A DNA stretch of 64,000 bases from a virus (IMGVR_UViG_3300033073_001761:4547-68546); one strand, 5' to 3'; shown: positions 27,171 through 37,142, counted from the first letter of the stretch. Numbers and translations are program-made. Notes: a model not told the origin generated them from the letters alone.

Positions 27171-28412
27171 TTAGTACACACGCACCCACATGTGGCACTT
27201 GGGCACGACGACCGCGGGCAGGAAGTTGTCACCCACGTGGATTTTGATTCGAGCCGGATCGTGGAGCCGCTCCGACCAAGCGTAGATGCCGATCTTCTCG
27301 GCCTCTACGACGTTCGGACCTTCTTGGACCCACTCGCGGCCCTCGATCCCCTTGAAGGTTTGGCCGCGGCCACCGGTCGGATTCGGGCCGCACCAGATGT
27401 AGCCGTTCGGGATTTGGTTGACCAACGGACCGCCGGGAACCTGCTGGATCATTTCGTCGTTGATGCGGAATTCGACCCATGGCAGGCCGGCCAAGACACC
27501 CTTGAACGACGTGATTTTCTTGCCGTTCACGTCCTCGCTGTTGTCTCGCGACCAGCTTTCCCAAGGCCGATTCACCGAACCGGCGAGATTGCGGATCGAC
27601 TGGTTCGCGAGCACGTGCGTCCAGGTCGTCGAGTTGAGAATCACGACTTCCAAGTTGCCACCATACAGCGCGTGGAACCGGGAATTGATTGTCGTCAGAT
27701 GCTGGTCGATCCGCGCTGTGTCGGTCGTCCAGGGCACATTGATAATACTCTCACCCAGACCGAGCGGGTCGAGCGGTTGCAAGCTTCCGCGGTCACCGTA
27801 CGCACCGACGAAATTGCTGCGAGAGCCAGTCGGCATGTCGTAATCGATCACCTCGGCAGGCAAACCGTCGTCGGTCGGGTCGCTGAGGTAAATCTGATCG
27901 CCCTTGTCGCCGCGATACCGGGCCCAGAGCTTGCCGCGCATCATACCCAGAATCAGCATCGTCCGCCAAGCAGCGAGCGTTTCGCCGAGGCGTGCCTGCT
28001 CCATTGCGATTCGCTTTTCGCCCGCCTCATCGAATTGATCGAGTTGGCCACCGTGACGACGATAGCGGTTGAGCTCGTTGATGTCCAACCGAACGTGAAC
28101 AGCGGTGCGCGGAGTCAAGAATCGACGGTTGCCGATCGGCGATCGGGTAAGCTCGACGGACGGCGAGTCATACGCGACGATCGGGGCCGGCGATCGCACC
28201 GATTCGAAGGTATCCCAGGCACCTTCGCGACCGTGAATGGTCGGCTCAAGATTCGGGCCTCGTTCGGTCTTCGGCTCGCCACCTTCGGTGACGCGAACCA
28301 TGCCCATCCCGAAGAAAGTAGGTAGCTCTTGCGATACCGCGAACACTTGCTGCACGGTATCTTGGATTGCTTGGGACGCAAAAATCGTGGAAGTTGCGGC
28401 GTAAGTTGGCAT
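27171..28412 (-). CDS. Major capsid protein (lambda gpE-like)
   Basis: 413 aa; downstream of protease and decoration genes; RLGETLAAWRTMLILGMMRGK segment; own terminator. Confidence 0.8.
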   Translation of the reverse strand: MPTYAATSTIFASQAIQDTVQQVFAVSQELPTFFGMGMVRVTEGGEPKTERGPNLEPTIHGREGAWDTFESVRSPAPIVAYDSPSVELTRSPIGNRRFLTPRTAVHVRLDINELNRYRRHGGQLDQFDEAGEKRIAMEQARLGETLAAWRTMLILGMMRGKLWARYRGDKGDQIYLSDPTDDGLPAEVIDYDMPTGSRSNFVGAYGDRGSLQPLDPLGLGESIINVPWTTDTARIDQHLTTINSRFHALYGGNLEVVILNSTTWTHVLANQSIRNLAGSVNRPWESWSRDNSEDVNGKKITSFKGVLAGLPWVEFRINDEMIQQVPGGPLVNQIPNGYIWCGPNPTGGRGQTFKGIEGREWVQEGPNVVEAEKIGIYAWSERLHDPARIKIHVGDNFLPAVVVPKCHMWVRVY

Positions 28413-28563
28413 TGGCCAGACCCTTATAAGGTGCCTAATGCCCCTGGACCGCTGGGCGAGATTGACCGCAACAAGAAAGTCAAGCGGGCGGCGGGCCAGG
28501 CGGTCGCTGGCGTTCGGCGGCCAAACCTAGCCGCCCGCTTAATTCACAAACAAGGACTGACGA

Positions 28564-29361
28564 TTAACGGAGCGTTTGATCGTAAACGTGCCACTTGCCG
28601 CCGACGGCCTCGAAACGGAGCTTCGTGCCGATCTTTTCATCGGTCGTCGTTACAGCGATCGAGGTAGCGGCGGCGTTGTTAAACGTGACAATATTGTCCG
28701 AACCGGCAGCTGCGACCGTGACGCTTTGATTGGCGATCACGGAAACCCAATAGGTAGTCCCATTGATGCCGGCGGTGGAGAGTGCCGGCAGCGTCAAAGT
28801 GATCGCACCAGTCGCACCGGTGTTGGTGAATTCCGTGCCGTGCTCGGTGGCCAAGATTGTGTAATTGGCCGTCTTGTGCGAGCGGCCGCGGGGCCGAACA
28901 GCCATATAGGTGCCGATCGGATCGAGGGCACCGTTGGAGTAAAATCCGAAGATAAACCCTCGCTCGGACAGCGACGCACGCGCGGCTTGATCGAAGCCAA
29001 ACAGAGCGTCAGGCCGAATCTGACCAGCAACGATCATTCGGGTCGGCCGATCGACGTTGGAGCCCTCGGTGTCGGTCATTTTCAGTTCGATCGGCAAGAT
29101 GCCGGCCGCGATTCCCTTGGCGCCACTCGCCGTCGGATCGTAGACATGCCAACGCATATCTGAAGCGTCGAAGGACATGACCAAACCCGATCGCAAGTGC
29201 CAGGTGCGATCGGTATGGGATGCATCGCGAGCAGAGCCGGCAACGTAAGCCGGAATAGAAACATCCGAGCCGTAAAAGCCGCCCCACCACGGCGAAGATT
29301 CGATCGTCTCAATCACCGCGCGGACGCCGGGCATGGACTGGCCGTACATACTGTCGAGCAT
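28564..29361 (-). CDS. Head decoration protein (gpD-like) with C-terminal extension
   Basis: ARDASHT...LRSGLVM...GIL pattern; directly upstream of the capsid gene. Confidence 0.65.
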   Translation of the reverse strand: MLDSMYGQSMPGVRAVIETIESSPWWGGFYGSDVSIPAYVAGSARDASHTDRTWHLRSGLVMSFDASDMRWHVYDPTASGAKGIAAGILPIELKMTDTEGSNVDRPTRMIVAGQIRPDALFGFDQAARASLSERGFIFGFYSNGALDPIGTYMAVRPRGRSHKTANYTILATEHGTEFTNTGATGAITLTLPALSTAGINGTTYWVSVIANQSVTVAAAGSDNIVTFNNAAATSIAVTTTDEKIGTKLRFEAVGGKWHVYDQTLR

Positions 29362-29448
29362 TGGAGGTTCCCTGTATCCGTGACCCGTGATCTAAGGTCG
29401 ATTCGAAATCCTGTAAAGCTACACTCGCGACCGAAAACTTAACCTCGC

Positions 29449-31818
29449 TTAACCTCGCGAAACCGGAGCGATCCCTAGGTAACGCAGGTTATTTGCGACG
29501 ACCTTAGAGACCTCGGCCTTGTTTGGTCCCTTCTTCTCGCGGCTCAAGCCCATCCGCACCGAGTGCTTGCCGAGATTTTGTTCTTGCTCTTCGGTTTCGT
29601 CGCCGACCTCATCGTCATCGCGAACGTAATCGCCGAAGGTGCCCTGCGGCGTCCGAGAGATCGTTCGCAACCGCTGATCGATCGACGTTTCGCGAACTCG
29701 GCCGGTACGCGGGTCACGAGACATGCGGAAGTGCGGATTGAGCAGCTCGCTGACAATTTCCTCGGTCGTCTGCTTGTCGCAGCGTCCCTCTTGAAAAAAT
29801 CGGGTCGCGAGCTCGATTCGCTTTTTGCGGAGCCGCTCGGAATCGGCCTTGACCACCGCGGTTACTTCGGCAGGGACGCCGCCAACGTTTCTTAAACCCA
29901 TCCCTACACTCCCACCGCTAAGCTGCGGCTGCATTTCCGTTTCGTCGTCTTCTTCGGCGTCGTCAGGTCCGCCGCCACCAAAATCAAAATTAAAATCACT
30001 GAGATCATCTTCCTCGGCCGAGTCAAAAAGACCCGACGAATCTTCCGAATTACCAGAGGTACCAAGATCACCGCCGGCAGTATCGCCACCGTCGGAAATA
30101 AACTTGGTCCGAGCGGCTGAAACAAAGTGCTCCAGCATTTCCACCGGGTCGGAAATATCGTCGTCGATCACAATTTTGAGGTCGCGAGCAGCTTGGCGTG
30201 CCTTAGTCATGGCTCGGGTATTGCGATCGGAGCCAGAGGTGTTAGCTGACGATTCGTCGCCTTCGTCAGGACCTTCCTGAAATGCGTCGTCAACGATTTC
30301 CTCTTCGTCGTAATCAGCCGTATCGTCTTCGAGTTCGTCGAAATCGTCGGTCTCAAAATCGTCGTCGAGCTCATCGAAGTCGTCGCCGATGCTATCGGTT
30401 TCGAGATCATCACCATCGCTCGGTTCATCAGTTTCGAAATCATCGCCGTCAATCGGTTCGTCGGCTTCGACCTCGGCTTCGTCGAGTAAATCTTCGTCCT
30501 CGATATCGTCATCAACGCTGTCTTCGATGGCCATTTTCCGCGTTTTCTTGGTCATCATCGTGCGATTTTCCTTGCGTTTTTTGACAGCGGCATCAGCGGC
30601 ATCTTGCGCTACTTTGTCGGCAGTGTGACTATTCACGCCGCGACGGCGAGCACCGTCGAAGTGCTTGTCGTAAGCGGCATCTTCAGCGTCGAGATCACCG
30701 ATTTCGGTGCGGTAGTGATCGTCGTTGATTAAGCTCTGGAGCTTCCTTTTGCGATCGGAGCCAGTTTTGCCGGCGACACCGAAATCGTTTGGACCAGCGG
30801 CCATAGAACGCTTGGCTTTTGGGAGTTTGACGCCACCGCGTTTTGTGAAATCGTTGAATCGCTTGATTTTTTGACCTCGTCGCTGATCACCAATAGTAGC
30901 TCGGGCTCCGCGACCGGCATTACGTTCTTCGGCGGATAGGTGACTGTCATCATCCATCAGTTCACGCGCTCGGCCCCAAGGCCGACGAAGCGTAGCAGGC
31001 GTAAGCTTTCTTTTGGGGTCGTAGGCTTGTTTGCGATTGCGACGATATTCGGGGTTCGGAACTTCTCGCTGGACACGCGAATCCATATTTGGATTGACCG
31101 GTTGATCAGCGGCAGCCGCTTTTTTTGCCCCTTCTTTCGCAGCTACCGAATCTACCCCATGCTCGCCGCCGGCCCTTTTCTTGTAGTCGTCGAGTCCGGC
31201 CATAGACCGCTTCTTGCCGTTGTTTTTGTTGCCATGGCTACTCATCGCGACACCCTTATACGGCTTCAATCCGCCACTAAAATCGGCACGGCGCAGCCCC
31301 ATTGCGATTGCGGCAGGGAACTCTTTCACCCTCGGTCGTTTCTCGCCCAAGATTTCGACCTGCTGGCCAGATTCATCGAGCACGCGGAAGTTATCCTGTG
31401 CCGGCTCGACCGGATAAGTGACCAAGCCAACTTGGATCATGAACGGCGAGTAAACGCGATCTAGACCATCCTCGAACTCGCGGATAAAGACGCCGGAAAC
31501 TCCGCGAACAGTCTTGCCGATCCGGCTCGCATCCTCATCTCGCGGAATATCGAAAACGCCGCGTAGCAAGCCGTTTCGCAGTACTTTCAGGTCGTCGACG
31601 AACCCGGCAACGTACTTGTTTTGCCAGTACTCGACGTCGTCCTCATCATTCGCATAAGCAGGTGTGTGGCCCCAGGCGACCGGTACCAGGATTCCGTTTT
31701 TCTTAGCGCGGTGAAATTGCCGAACGATGGACTCTTTAAACGGCACTGTAAGTCGGATTTTGCCGTCGGGGCTGCTGTAGAGCCCGTCCGCGCCGAAATC
31801 CTTGACGAAGAGTGCCAC
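29449..31818 (-). CDS. Head maturation protease/scaffold polyprotein (Mu gpI-like N-terminus)
   Basis: VPVAWGH, RGVSGVF, VGLVTYP in the first ~150 aa; long acidic tract; position. Confidence 0.7.
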   Translation of the reverse strand: MALFVKDFGADGLYSSPDGKIRLTVPFKESIVRQFHRAKKNGILVPVAWGHTPAYANDEDDVEYWQNKYVAGFVDDLKVLRNGLLRGVFDIPRDEDASRIGKTVRGVSGVFIREFEDGLDRVYSPFMIQVGLVTYPVEPAQDNFRVLDESGQQVEILGEKRPRVKEFPAAIAMGLRRADFSGGLKPYKGVAMSSHGNKNNGKKRSMAGLDDYKKRAGGEHGVDSVAAKEGAKKAAAADQPVNPNMDSRVQREVPNPEYRRNRKQAYDPKRKLTPATLRRPWGRARELMDDDSHLSAEERNAGRGARATIGDQRRGQKIKRFNDFTKRGGVKLPKAKRSMAAGPNDFGVAGKTGSDRKRKLQSLINDDHYRTEIGDLDAEDAAYDKHFDGARRRGVNSHTADKVAQDAADAAVKKRKENRTMMTKKTRKMAIEDSVDDDIEDEDLLDEAEVEADEPIDGDDFETDEPSDGDDLETDSIGDDFDELDDDFETDDFDELEDDTADYDEEEIVDDAFQEGPDEGDESSANTSGSDRNTRAMTKARQAARDLKIVIDDDISDPVEMLEHFVSAARTKFISDGGDTAGGDLGTSGNSEDSSGLFDSAEEDDLSDFNFDFGGGGPDDAEEDDETEMQPQLSGGSVGMGLRNVGGVPAEVTAVVKADSERLRKKRIELATRFFQEGRCDKQTTEEIVSELLNPHFRMSRDPRTGRVRETSIDQRLRTISRTPQGTFGDYVRDDDEVGDETEEQEQNLGKHSVRMGLSREKKGPNKAEVSKVVANNLRYLGIAPVSRG

Positions 31819-31877
31819 TGGTTAGATTCCTGGGAAGTATGCGTATGCGTAATTTAACGACGAACTTCAAATGAACT

Positions 31878-32420
31878 TCAAATACACTTGAAAATGCAAA
31901 CCCGTTTCGGCTGGCCATCCTCGCCGACCAACGAACTCTCGCTTGAAAACGCGGCACCTGTCACCGCGTCGTAAATGTCGGCGTTGTCGACCATCTCGAC
32001 GCTCGTGGCGACTGAGCCGAAAATGGACACAACAATCGTGCGGACCAACAGCGATCGACGATTCGTCGCGCCAGCGTACGGAATAGGCGAGAATCGGCTG
32101 ACTTCAGTGCGAACGGTGCCCCAGCTGTATTTCGTCTCGCTGACAGGATTCCAAACGGCGCCGACGTGCGATTCGGGGATAAACGAAAGCTCGGGGCCAT
32201 CGTTGTGAGATTGCGTTTGATAGCCGTCGAATCCAGTAAGCTCGTGGCCGTTAATTGCAGGCGAAGCTGCGGACATGGATTCTGCGGACATGGATTCTTC
32301 AATCTCAGCCGCAGCTTTCTTTGGTCGTCCACGTTTTTTTGCCGGCGGGAGAGCAGCCGCAGTCGCCTCGGCAGCACCAGTTTCGACTTCGTTCACCTCA
32401 AGAGTCGCCGAATCAGACAT
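31878..32420 (-). CDS. Hypothetical protein with AT-hook-like KKRGRPKK
   Basis: 180 aa, GAGGG RBS. Confidence 0.6.
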   Translation of the reverse strand: MSDSATLEVNEVETGAAEATAAALPPAKKRGRPKKAAAEIEESMSAESMSAASPAINGHELTGFDGYQTQSHNDGPELSFIPESHVGAVWNPVSETKYSWGTVRTEVSRFSPIPYAGATNRRSLLVRTIVVSIFGSVATSVEMVDNADIYDAVTGAAFSSESSLVGEDGQPKRVCIFKCI

Positions 32421-32425
32421 AAAAC

Positions 32426-32499
32426 CCTCGCTGCAGAAATTGCTCGCTAAATATCACGTCCGATTAAGGGTATTTTGCTGCGAGCAATTTCTGCCGAGG
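32426..32499 (-). promoter_or_regulatory. Long intergenic hairpin covering the RBS of 31878..32420
   Basis: Perfect 15-bp inverted repeat GCAGAAATTGCTCGC (32433-47 / 32480-94) plus CCTCG/CGAGG extension. Confidence 0.6.
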
Positions 32500-32512
32500 C
32501 AAGAAAGGAAAA

Positions 32513-34156
32513 TTAGCTCAACCGCCTTCGAGGCGATCGCATCCCGAGATTGACGCCGGTGCCAAACTTTCGGCCAGAGCCCGGAAGCGAGAGCGACGTC
32601 GGCGTCGAGGAATTCACCGCGCCCAAGCTCTTTCGCGGGCCGACTTCGCTCGGAGTGCCACCGACGTTGATAATCCGGTCTTTAGCAATCTCATCGGCAA
32701 TCTTGTCGGCATAGACCGCAGCGTCGATCTGGTCGGCCGTCTGAGTATCCAAACCTTTCCAGACGCTATGCTCTGAGACAAAATCGTCAACCCAGGCGAA
32801 ATCGCCGCGTGGCAGGTAAATCGATCCACTCCTAACGCGGATTCGATAGCCGTAGGCGCGTGTCAATTTATCTTGGCCCATAGGCTTCATCGGCCGAACA
32901 TTCACGCCAACCTCTTTTGCTCGTGACGCCACTGGGATGCCGAGCCCGTGGTCCTCGATCCCAATAAACTGCAGGTCACGACGGAGCCACCAGTCCATGA
33001 TTTCGGCGTGCAAACGATCAGATTTGCACTGCTCTCTCCATTGGTCGATAAGCAGCCGCTTCGGCCCGCTCAAAGTTTCCAGGATCACCCATTCTTGCAG
33101 CACACAATACGATTTCTTGGCATGCTGCTCTTCGGCTTTGGCTTCCTGGCTGCTACCGGCCGGATCGCACATTGCGTAGTGAGCAAGCACCTTCTCCGGG
33201 CCGAGGATTTCCGCGATCGAGCCATCTTTATTGAGCAAGTAGTAATTCGCTTGGATCGAATCCGACGACCGCATGTAATACTTGAAGTCGCTCGACGCGA
33301 AAATCCCACCGTCAAAATCACGCCAATCGCCGTCCCAGAGCCTAGTTAGCTCATCTTGCTCGACCGAATCGATCATCGACTGCCGATAATCTTCGACGTC
33401 CAGGCCGGGGTTCTCGACGGCCAGTGACGGAATGAAAACTCTGCTACCCTTGAGATACATCGGGGCAGTGGATTCGCGCGCGGAAACGTAATCGTTCGGG
33501 ATAAACAGTTTTTTGACAAAGTCGTGACCGATCGAGCCGGGGTTCGACGTCGCACGAACTCGCGTTGGCCACCAAGTATCTGCTCGCTTTCTCAGTCGCG
33601 TGAGCAAGTAGCTGTAGATCGGGAAAACAAACTGCGTGAGCTCATCGAACCCGATAAAGTGGAAACCGCCGCCCTGATAGTCTTCTTTGTTTGCGACGTG
33701 TTGGACGTGTCCGAACTCGATTGTTGCGCCACTAGGAAAGGTCCACACAAGGTCGGTACCGTTCCAATGGGCTAGCGGTTTGCCATCTGCTCCCCGACGG
33801 CCAAACCACTCTTTGGAGATCGACAGAATACCTTCGCCCTTGCGTAGCTGCTTGGTGGTACGTCGCAAAATCAACGCCCGATAGCCCGGCTCCGTGACAT
33901 ACTGAGCCGCGGCCATAAGTAGCGCGACCGACTTAGAACCGCCGACCGCACCGCCGAAAAGCACCTCTTTATGCGGCAGCGCGCAAAACAACGCCTGTTT
34001 GGGGTAAGGCTTCCACGGAATATACGGATTCTCGTATATTGTCTTGATTATTAGACCGATGGACGCCTGAACCATCGACTCGACGTCGGCCGCGGAAACG
34101 CTTTGGCCAGCGGGAGAAGGTGCCCCGGTAAGTAGCGATGGCCCAGCGATTGTCAT
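32513..34156 (-). CDS. terL: Terminase large subunit
   Basis: Walker A LFGGAVGGSKS, Walker B FIGFDELTQF, RATSNPG, nuclease DPAG and DQIDA. Confidence 0.95.
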   Translation of the reverse strand: MTIAGPSLLTGAPSPAGQSVSAADVESMVQASIGLIIKTIYENPYIPWKPYPKQALFCALPHKEVLFGGAVGGSKSVALLMAAAQYVTEPGYRALILRRTTKQLRKGEGILSISKEWFGRRGADGKPLAHWNGTDLVWTFPSGATIEFGHVQHVANKEDYQGGGFHFIGFDELTQFVFPIYSYLLTRLRKRADTWWPTRVRATSNPGSIGHDFVKKLFIPNDYVSARESTAPMYLKGSRVFIPSLAVENPGLDVEDYRQSMIDSVEQDELTRLWDGDWRDFDGGIFASSDFKYYMRSSDSIQANYYLLNKDGSIAEILGPEKVLAHYAMCDPAGSSQEAKAEEQHAKKSYCVLQEWVILETLSGPKRLLIDQWREQCKSDRLHAEIMDWWLRRDLQFIGIEDHGLGIPVASRAKEVGVNVRPMKPMGQDKLTRAYGYRIRVRSGSIYLPRGDFAWVDDFVSEHSVWKGLDTQTADQIDAAVYADKIADEIAKDRIINVGGTPSEVGPRKSLGAVNSSTPTSLSLPGSGRKFGTGVNLGMRSPRRRLS

Positions 34157-34641
34157 CGTCTCTTCTTCGGCTTTGCTTTGGGCGCCTTTGCCTTAGTCGC
34201 TTTGCCAGCCTTGACCATCTCTGCGCTCACGTCTCGGCCATCAGGTAAGTACATTCGGCCAAGCACCCGCTGCATCGTGATCGCCTGGCCAAAATCCTGG
34301 ACCGGCACGTCGCGATCGTCGCCGTCAATCTGCAGGTAGACTTCGGAACCTTCGGGCAGCAGCGATTGCAGGTACGCCGCGGCAACTTCTCCCGCCGGCC
34401 GCTCTTCGCCCTTGGTTTCCGGCGCCCAGCAATCAAGCAGGCGGATGTCGAGCTCGCGGCTGATCCGGACTCGGCACGTGTCACCATCTTTGACGCGGAC
34501 AATTGAAGCACGGACGCCAAGGCCGAGATGGATCGGCGGAGTTAGTCGTTTTGCCCTTGTCGATCTCTTGGTCGATTGCTTAGTCGTCGGATTGGTCAAA
34601 GTCGGCGCTCCCCTGAATCTCAACTTCAAAGCGTGTACCAC
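34153..34641 (-). CDS. Thermonuclease (SNase-like)
   Basis: VRVKDGDTC...IRLLDCWAPE...RVLG...DVSAEMVKAG. Confidence 0.88.
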   Translation of the reverse strand: MVHALKLRFRGAPTLTNPTTKQSTKRSTRAKRLTPPIHLGLGVRASIVRVKDGDTCRVRISRELDIRLLDCWAPETKGEERPAGEVAAAYLQSLLPEGSEVYLQIDGDDRDVPVQDFGQAITMQRVLGRMYLPDGRDVSAEMVKAGKATKAKAPKAKPKKRR

Positions 34642-34852
34642 AATAGCCGCAGATCACTGTATCGGGAGTGATGTAGAATACGGTATTAGCGTTTGATGGA
34701 TCATTGAAATCTATTTCGGCCAAATTGCAGTTAATTAAGTCGCTTTCGGTCGCCTCGCGATTGTGGCCGTAATTATCGCGACCGCAACTGTCGCACGTCC
34801 ACCAGAACGCAGATCGTAGTTCTACTTTCGCCATAGGTCCGTCATCATTCAT
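34580..34852 (-). CDS. Small Zn-finger protein
   Basis: WTCDSCG ... VICGYCG. Confidence 0.6.
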   Translation of the reverse strand: MNDDGPMAKVELRSAFWWTCDSCGRDNYGHNREATESDLINCNLAEIDFNDPSNANTVFYITPDTVICGYCGTRFEVEIQGSADFDQSDD

Positions 34853-35405
34853 CTTGATCCTCCTGCTGTTGTCCGCTACCCATCACCCCTGACGCCGCGA
34901 TAGATTCCCACGCAGCCCGGAAAATCGCAATAAACGCCTCTGGCTTGTACTTATCCGCGGGCGATTCGGTCTTGATTGACTCGCCGGCGGGAGTGAGTAG
35001 TTCGTTGCGCGTAGTCCGCGTGTAACCGAACCGCGTGGCCAGCAAGAACTCGCCCGCCTTCCGGATCTCAGCGACTGGGATTACGTTTTTCCCGGCCTTT
35101 ATCTCACTGGTGGCGAGTTGCACGTAATTACGCAGGATTTTCTCTTGGAGTGCCGCGGAGCTCTTTTCGAACTCATCTTGGAAATACTTTCGGAGCGTTG
35201 GTCGTGTGATCCCGATGGCCTCGGCGATCGCGTCTTGTGTAAATCCTAGCTCAGCGAGCACTCTAACACGAATCCGCGTCTCTTCGGTGATTACATACGG
35301 CGGCGGTCCAGCTTTGAGCGGCGAGCCGTCCGGCCGTGTCTTTGCCCGTGCCGGCGGGGAAGATTTCGTGATCGGGAGTGCCGGCGATTTCTTACCTTTG
35401 GCCAT
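34845..35405 (-). CDS. Probable terminase small subunit
   Basis: HTH GFTQDAIAEAIGITRPTLRKYF; FLLATRFGY; upstream of terL. Confidence 0.7.
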   Translation of the reverse strand: MAKGKKSPALPITKSSPPARAKTRPDGSPLKAGPPPYVITEETRIRVRVLAELGFTQDAIAEAIGITRPTLRKYFQDEFEKSSAALQEKILRNYVQLATSEIKAGKNVIPVAEIRKAGEFLLATRFGYTRTTRNELLTPAGESIKTESPADKYKPEAFIAIFRAAWESIAASGVMGSGQQQEDQDE

Positions 35406-35407
35406 GG

Positions 35408-36682
35408 CTAGACGACTCCCTGACTGTAATCTCGTTTCGGCGGCTTAGAAATCCGGTAGCTAACGCCGAAGTAGTAATTTACGTTGTTGCCGCTGATTAG
35501 TAGGTGGTGCCGAGGATCTTTGGCGGCAACAATCGCAATAGATTCGCCGTGATACGATTTCACTGCCGCCGCGACTTCTCGTGGATCGATTTGCAATCTC
35601 ACGGGCTCAAGATCGCCGCTGATGATCCCACGCTCGGCAGACAAATCGAACTCGCATGTCCCGGTTGCCGGGTTCGAGGCCGAAAATGTCACGCGGTTAC
35701 CGGTGATTTCGAGGGTCAGCAGCGAGTAATCGGGATTCGAGAAATCCAAGTAGGACGACAGATAAGCTAATCCTCGCTTGAGCGTCGCCGTATCGACCCT
35801 GGCCGCCGGATGCCGAGGCACAGTTGGCAGAAACCTCGGCTTTGGACGCTCCAATCGTCTGACAGTTATCTCGGGATTCCCTGACCTCGGCGAAGGGACA
35901 CGAAATTGAGCGAAATTAATCGCCGTCCAGATAGGTAGCTCTGCAGATTCGGCAGCCGCGACATGATCGGCAACCAGTGAAGCAGCCTGCGGCGAGATCA
36001 CTAACGCCGGAAACTTACGCGGGTCTGATTGCAGGTGGAATCGTGAATAGGCCGCGGCGAACGAACCGATTGCGACAGCGGATACATAAGTGTTCTCGGA
36101 TCCGGAGCCTATGGCACCTTCTCGCGCCGGCTCAGGCATTAGACCGATAGTTGCTTCACCGGCGCCGGCCGTTCGCCTAGCTGCCCAAAGCACCTGCTTA
36201 ATCGCGGCGGCAAGCGTCGGTGCGTCGGCAACGTGCGCCGCATCGCCCCATCTTGCGAGGTACTGTGGCCAAATTGCGGTCCCGACGTGCAGCGTTGAGT
36301 CGATCCGCGGCTGCACGTGCTGGCTCGTGATATGGACCTGCCGCGACCGTGACCGCGTTTCGGAGAGTTGCAAGATAGCATCTTCTCGCCCGCTGGCTGA
36401 TGCAACCGTCGCCGCTGCAAGGAGCGGTCGAAACGGTAAGACCCACGAGCCTTTGACCTCGGTTTCGGCTCCTGGCACTTCGCAGGATATCGTTTTTTCG
36501 ATATCCACACTTTCGACGATAACTTTGCTTAGGCTGCGATCGAGGCCAGGTTGTGTCGTGAGCCTAATCCGACCTGCGAGACCCGGATTTATCCCCTGGT
36601 CGGTGACAACAGAGCCTATTCTGGTCAGCGCCGCACGTAATTGGATTGCAGGAGCCGCCACTATTTCACGACTATTGCTCAC
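35408..36682 (-). CDS. Divergent DNA polymerase III beta-clamp-like protein
   Basis: LRAALTRIGSVV...NPGL...VESVDIEKTI N-terminus and a clamp-like C-terminal domain; 424 aa. Confidence 0.65.
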   Translation of the reverse strand: MSNSREIVAAPAIQLRAALTRIGSVVTDQGINPGLAGRIRLTTQPGLDRSLSKVIVESVDIEKTISCEVPGAETEVKGSWVLPFRPLLAAATVASASGREDAILQLSETRSRSRQVHITSQHVQPRIDSTLHVGTAIWPQYLARWGDAAHVADAPTLAAAIKQVLWAARRTAGAGEATIGLMPEPAREGAIGSGSENTYVSAVAIGSFAAAYSRFHLQSDPRKFPALVISPQAASLVADHVAAAESAELPIWTAINFAQFRVPSPRSGNPEITVRRLERPKPRFLPTVPRHPAARVDTATLKRGLAYLSSYLDFSNPDYSLLTLEITGNRVTFSASNPATGTCEFDLSAERGIISGDLEPVRLQIDPREVAAAVKSYHGESIAIVAAKDPRHHLLISGNNVNYYFGVSYRISKPPKRDYSQGVV

Positions 36683-37142
36683 GACGGCCCTGCCTCTCGT
36701 AGGTGCCGCCGGAGTAGCGAGCGATCAGCGAGATCGTTTTCGGGTCGAGCAGGGTCGATCGTCGCTTCTGTCTGTGCTGGTTGAACGCGAGCGGGTTACC
36801 TTCGATCGGGATTCGCCGCACCCCTGAATCCTGTCGTCGAGTCTCCGCTTCGCGGATGATTCCCGGTCCGTCAGGGCCGAAAAAATGAGTAAGCCACGAC
36901 GTCTGAACCAAGTACTCGGTATCTTCTTGACCAAGAACTCTTTTCGACTCGGAAATTAAATTCGCAAAAGCAGCGACGCCAGCACGCAGCTTTTGCGCCT
37001 GATCGCGTCGGCGATTGAATCGAGATTGCACGAGCGGCGATTCTTCGGCGGGCATGTCGCTGCGTCCCTCCGTTGACAATTTGAAATCCGAGATTGCAGG
37101 GAAAATCCATTTCCGCGAATTGTATCGGAAATGGCTCAGCAA
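36672..37142 (-). CDS. Hypothetical protein (probable start at ATG 37057)
   Basis: GGAGGG RBS before MPAEESP. Confidence 0.5.
   Translation of the reverse strand: MLSHFRYNSRKWIFPAISDFKLSTEGRSDMPAEESPLVQSRFNRRRDQAQKLRAGVAAFANLISESKRVLGQEDTEYLVQTSWLTHFFGPDGPGIIREAETRRQDSGVRRIPIEGNPLAFNQHRQKRRSTLLDPKTISLIARYSGGTYERQGRREQ

Noticed and set aside
30180-30530. Acidic D/E tract as a separate DNA-mimic protein
   Set aside because: It is in frame within the protease/scaffold, and acidic tracts are common in scaffolds.
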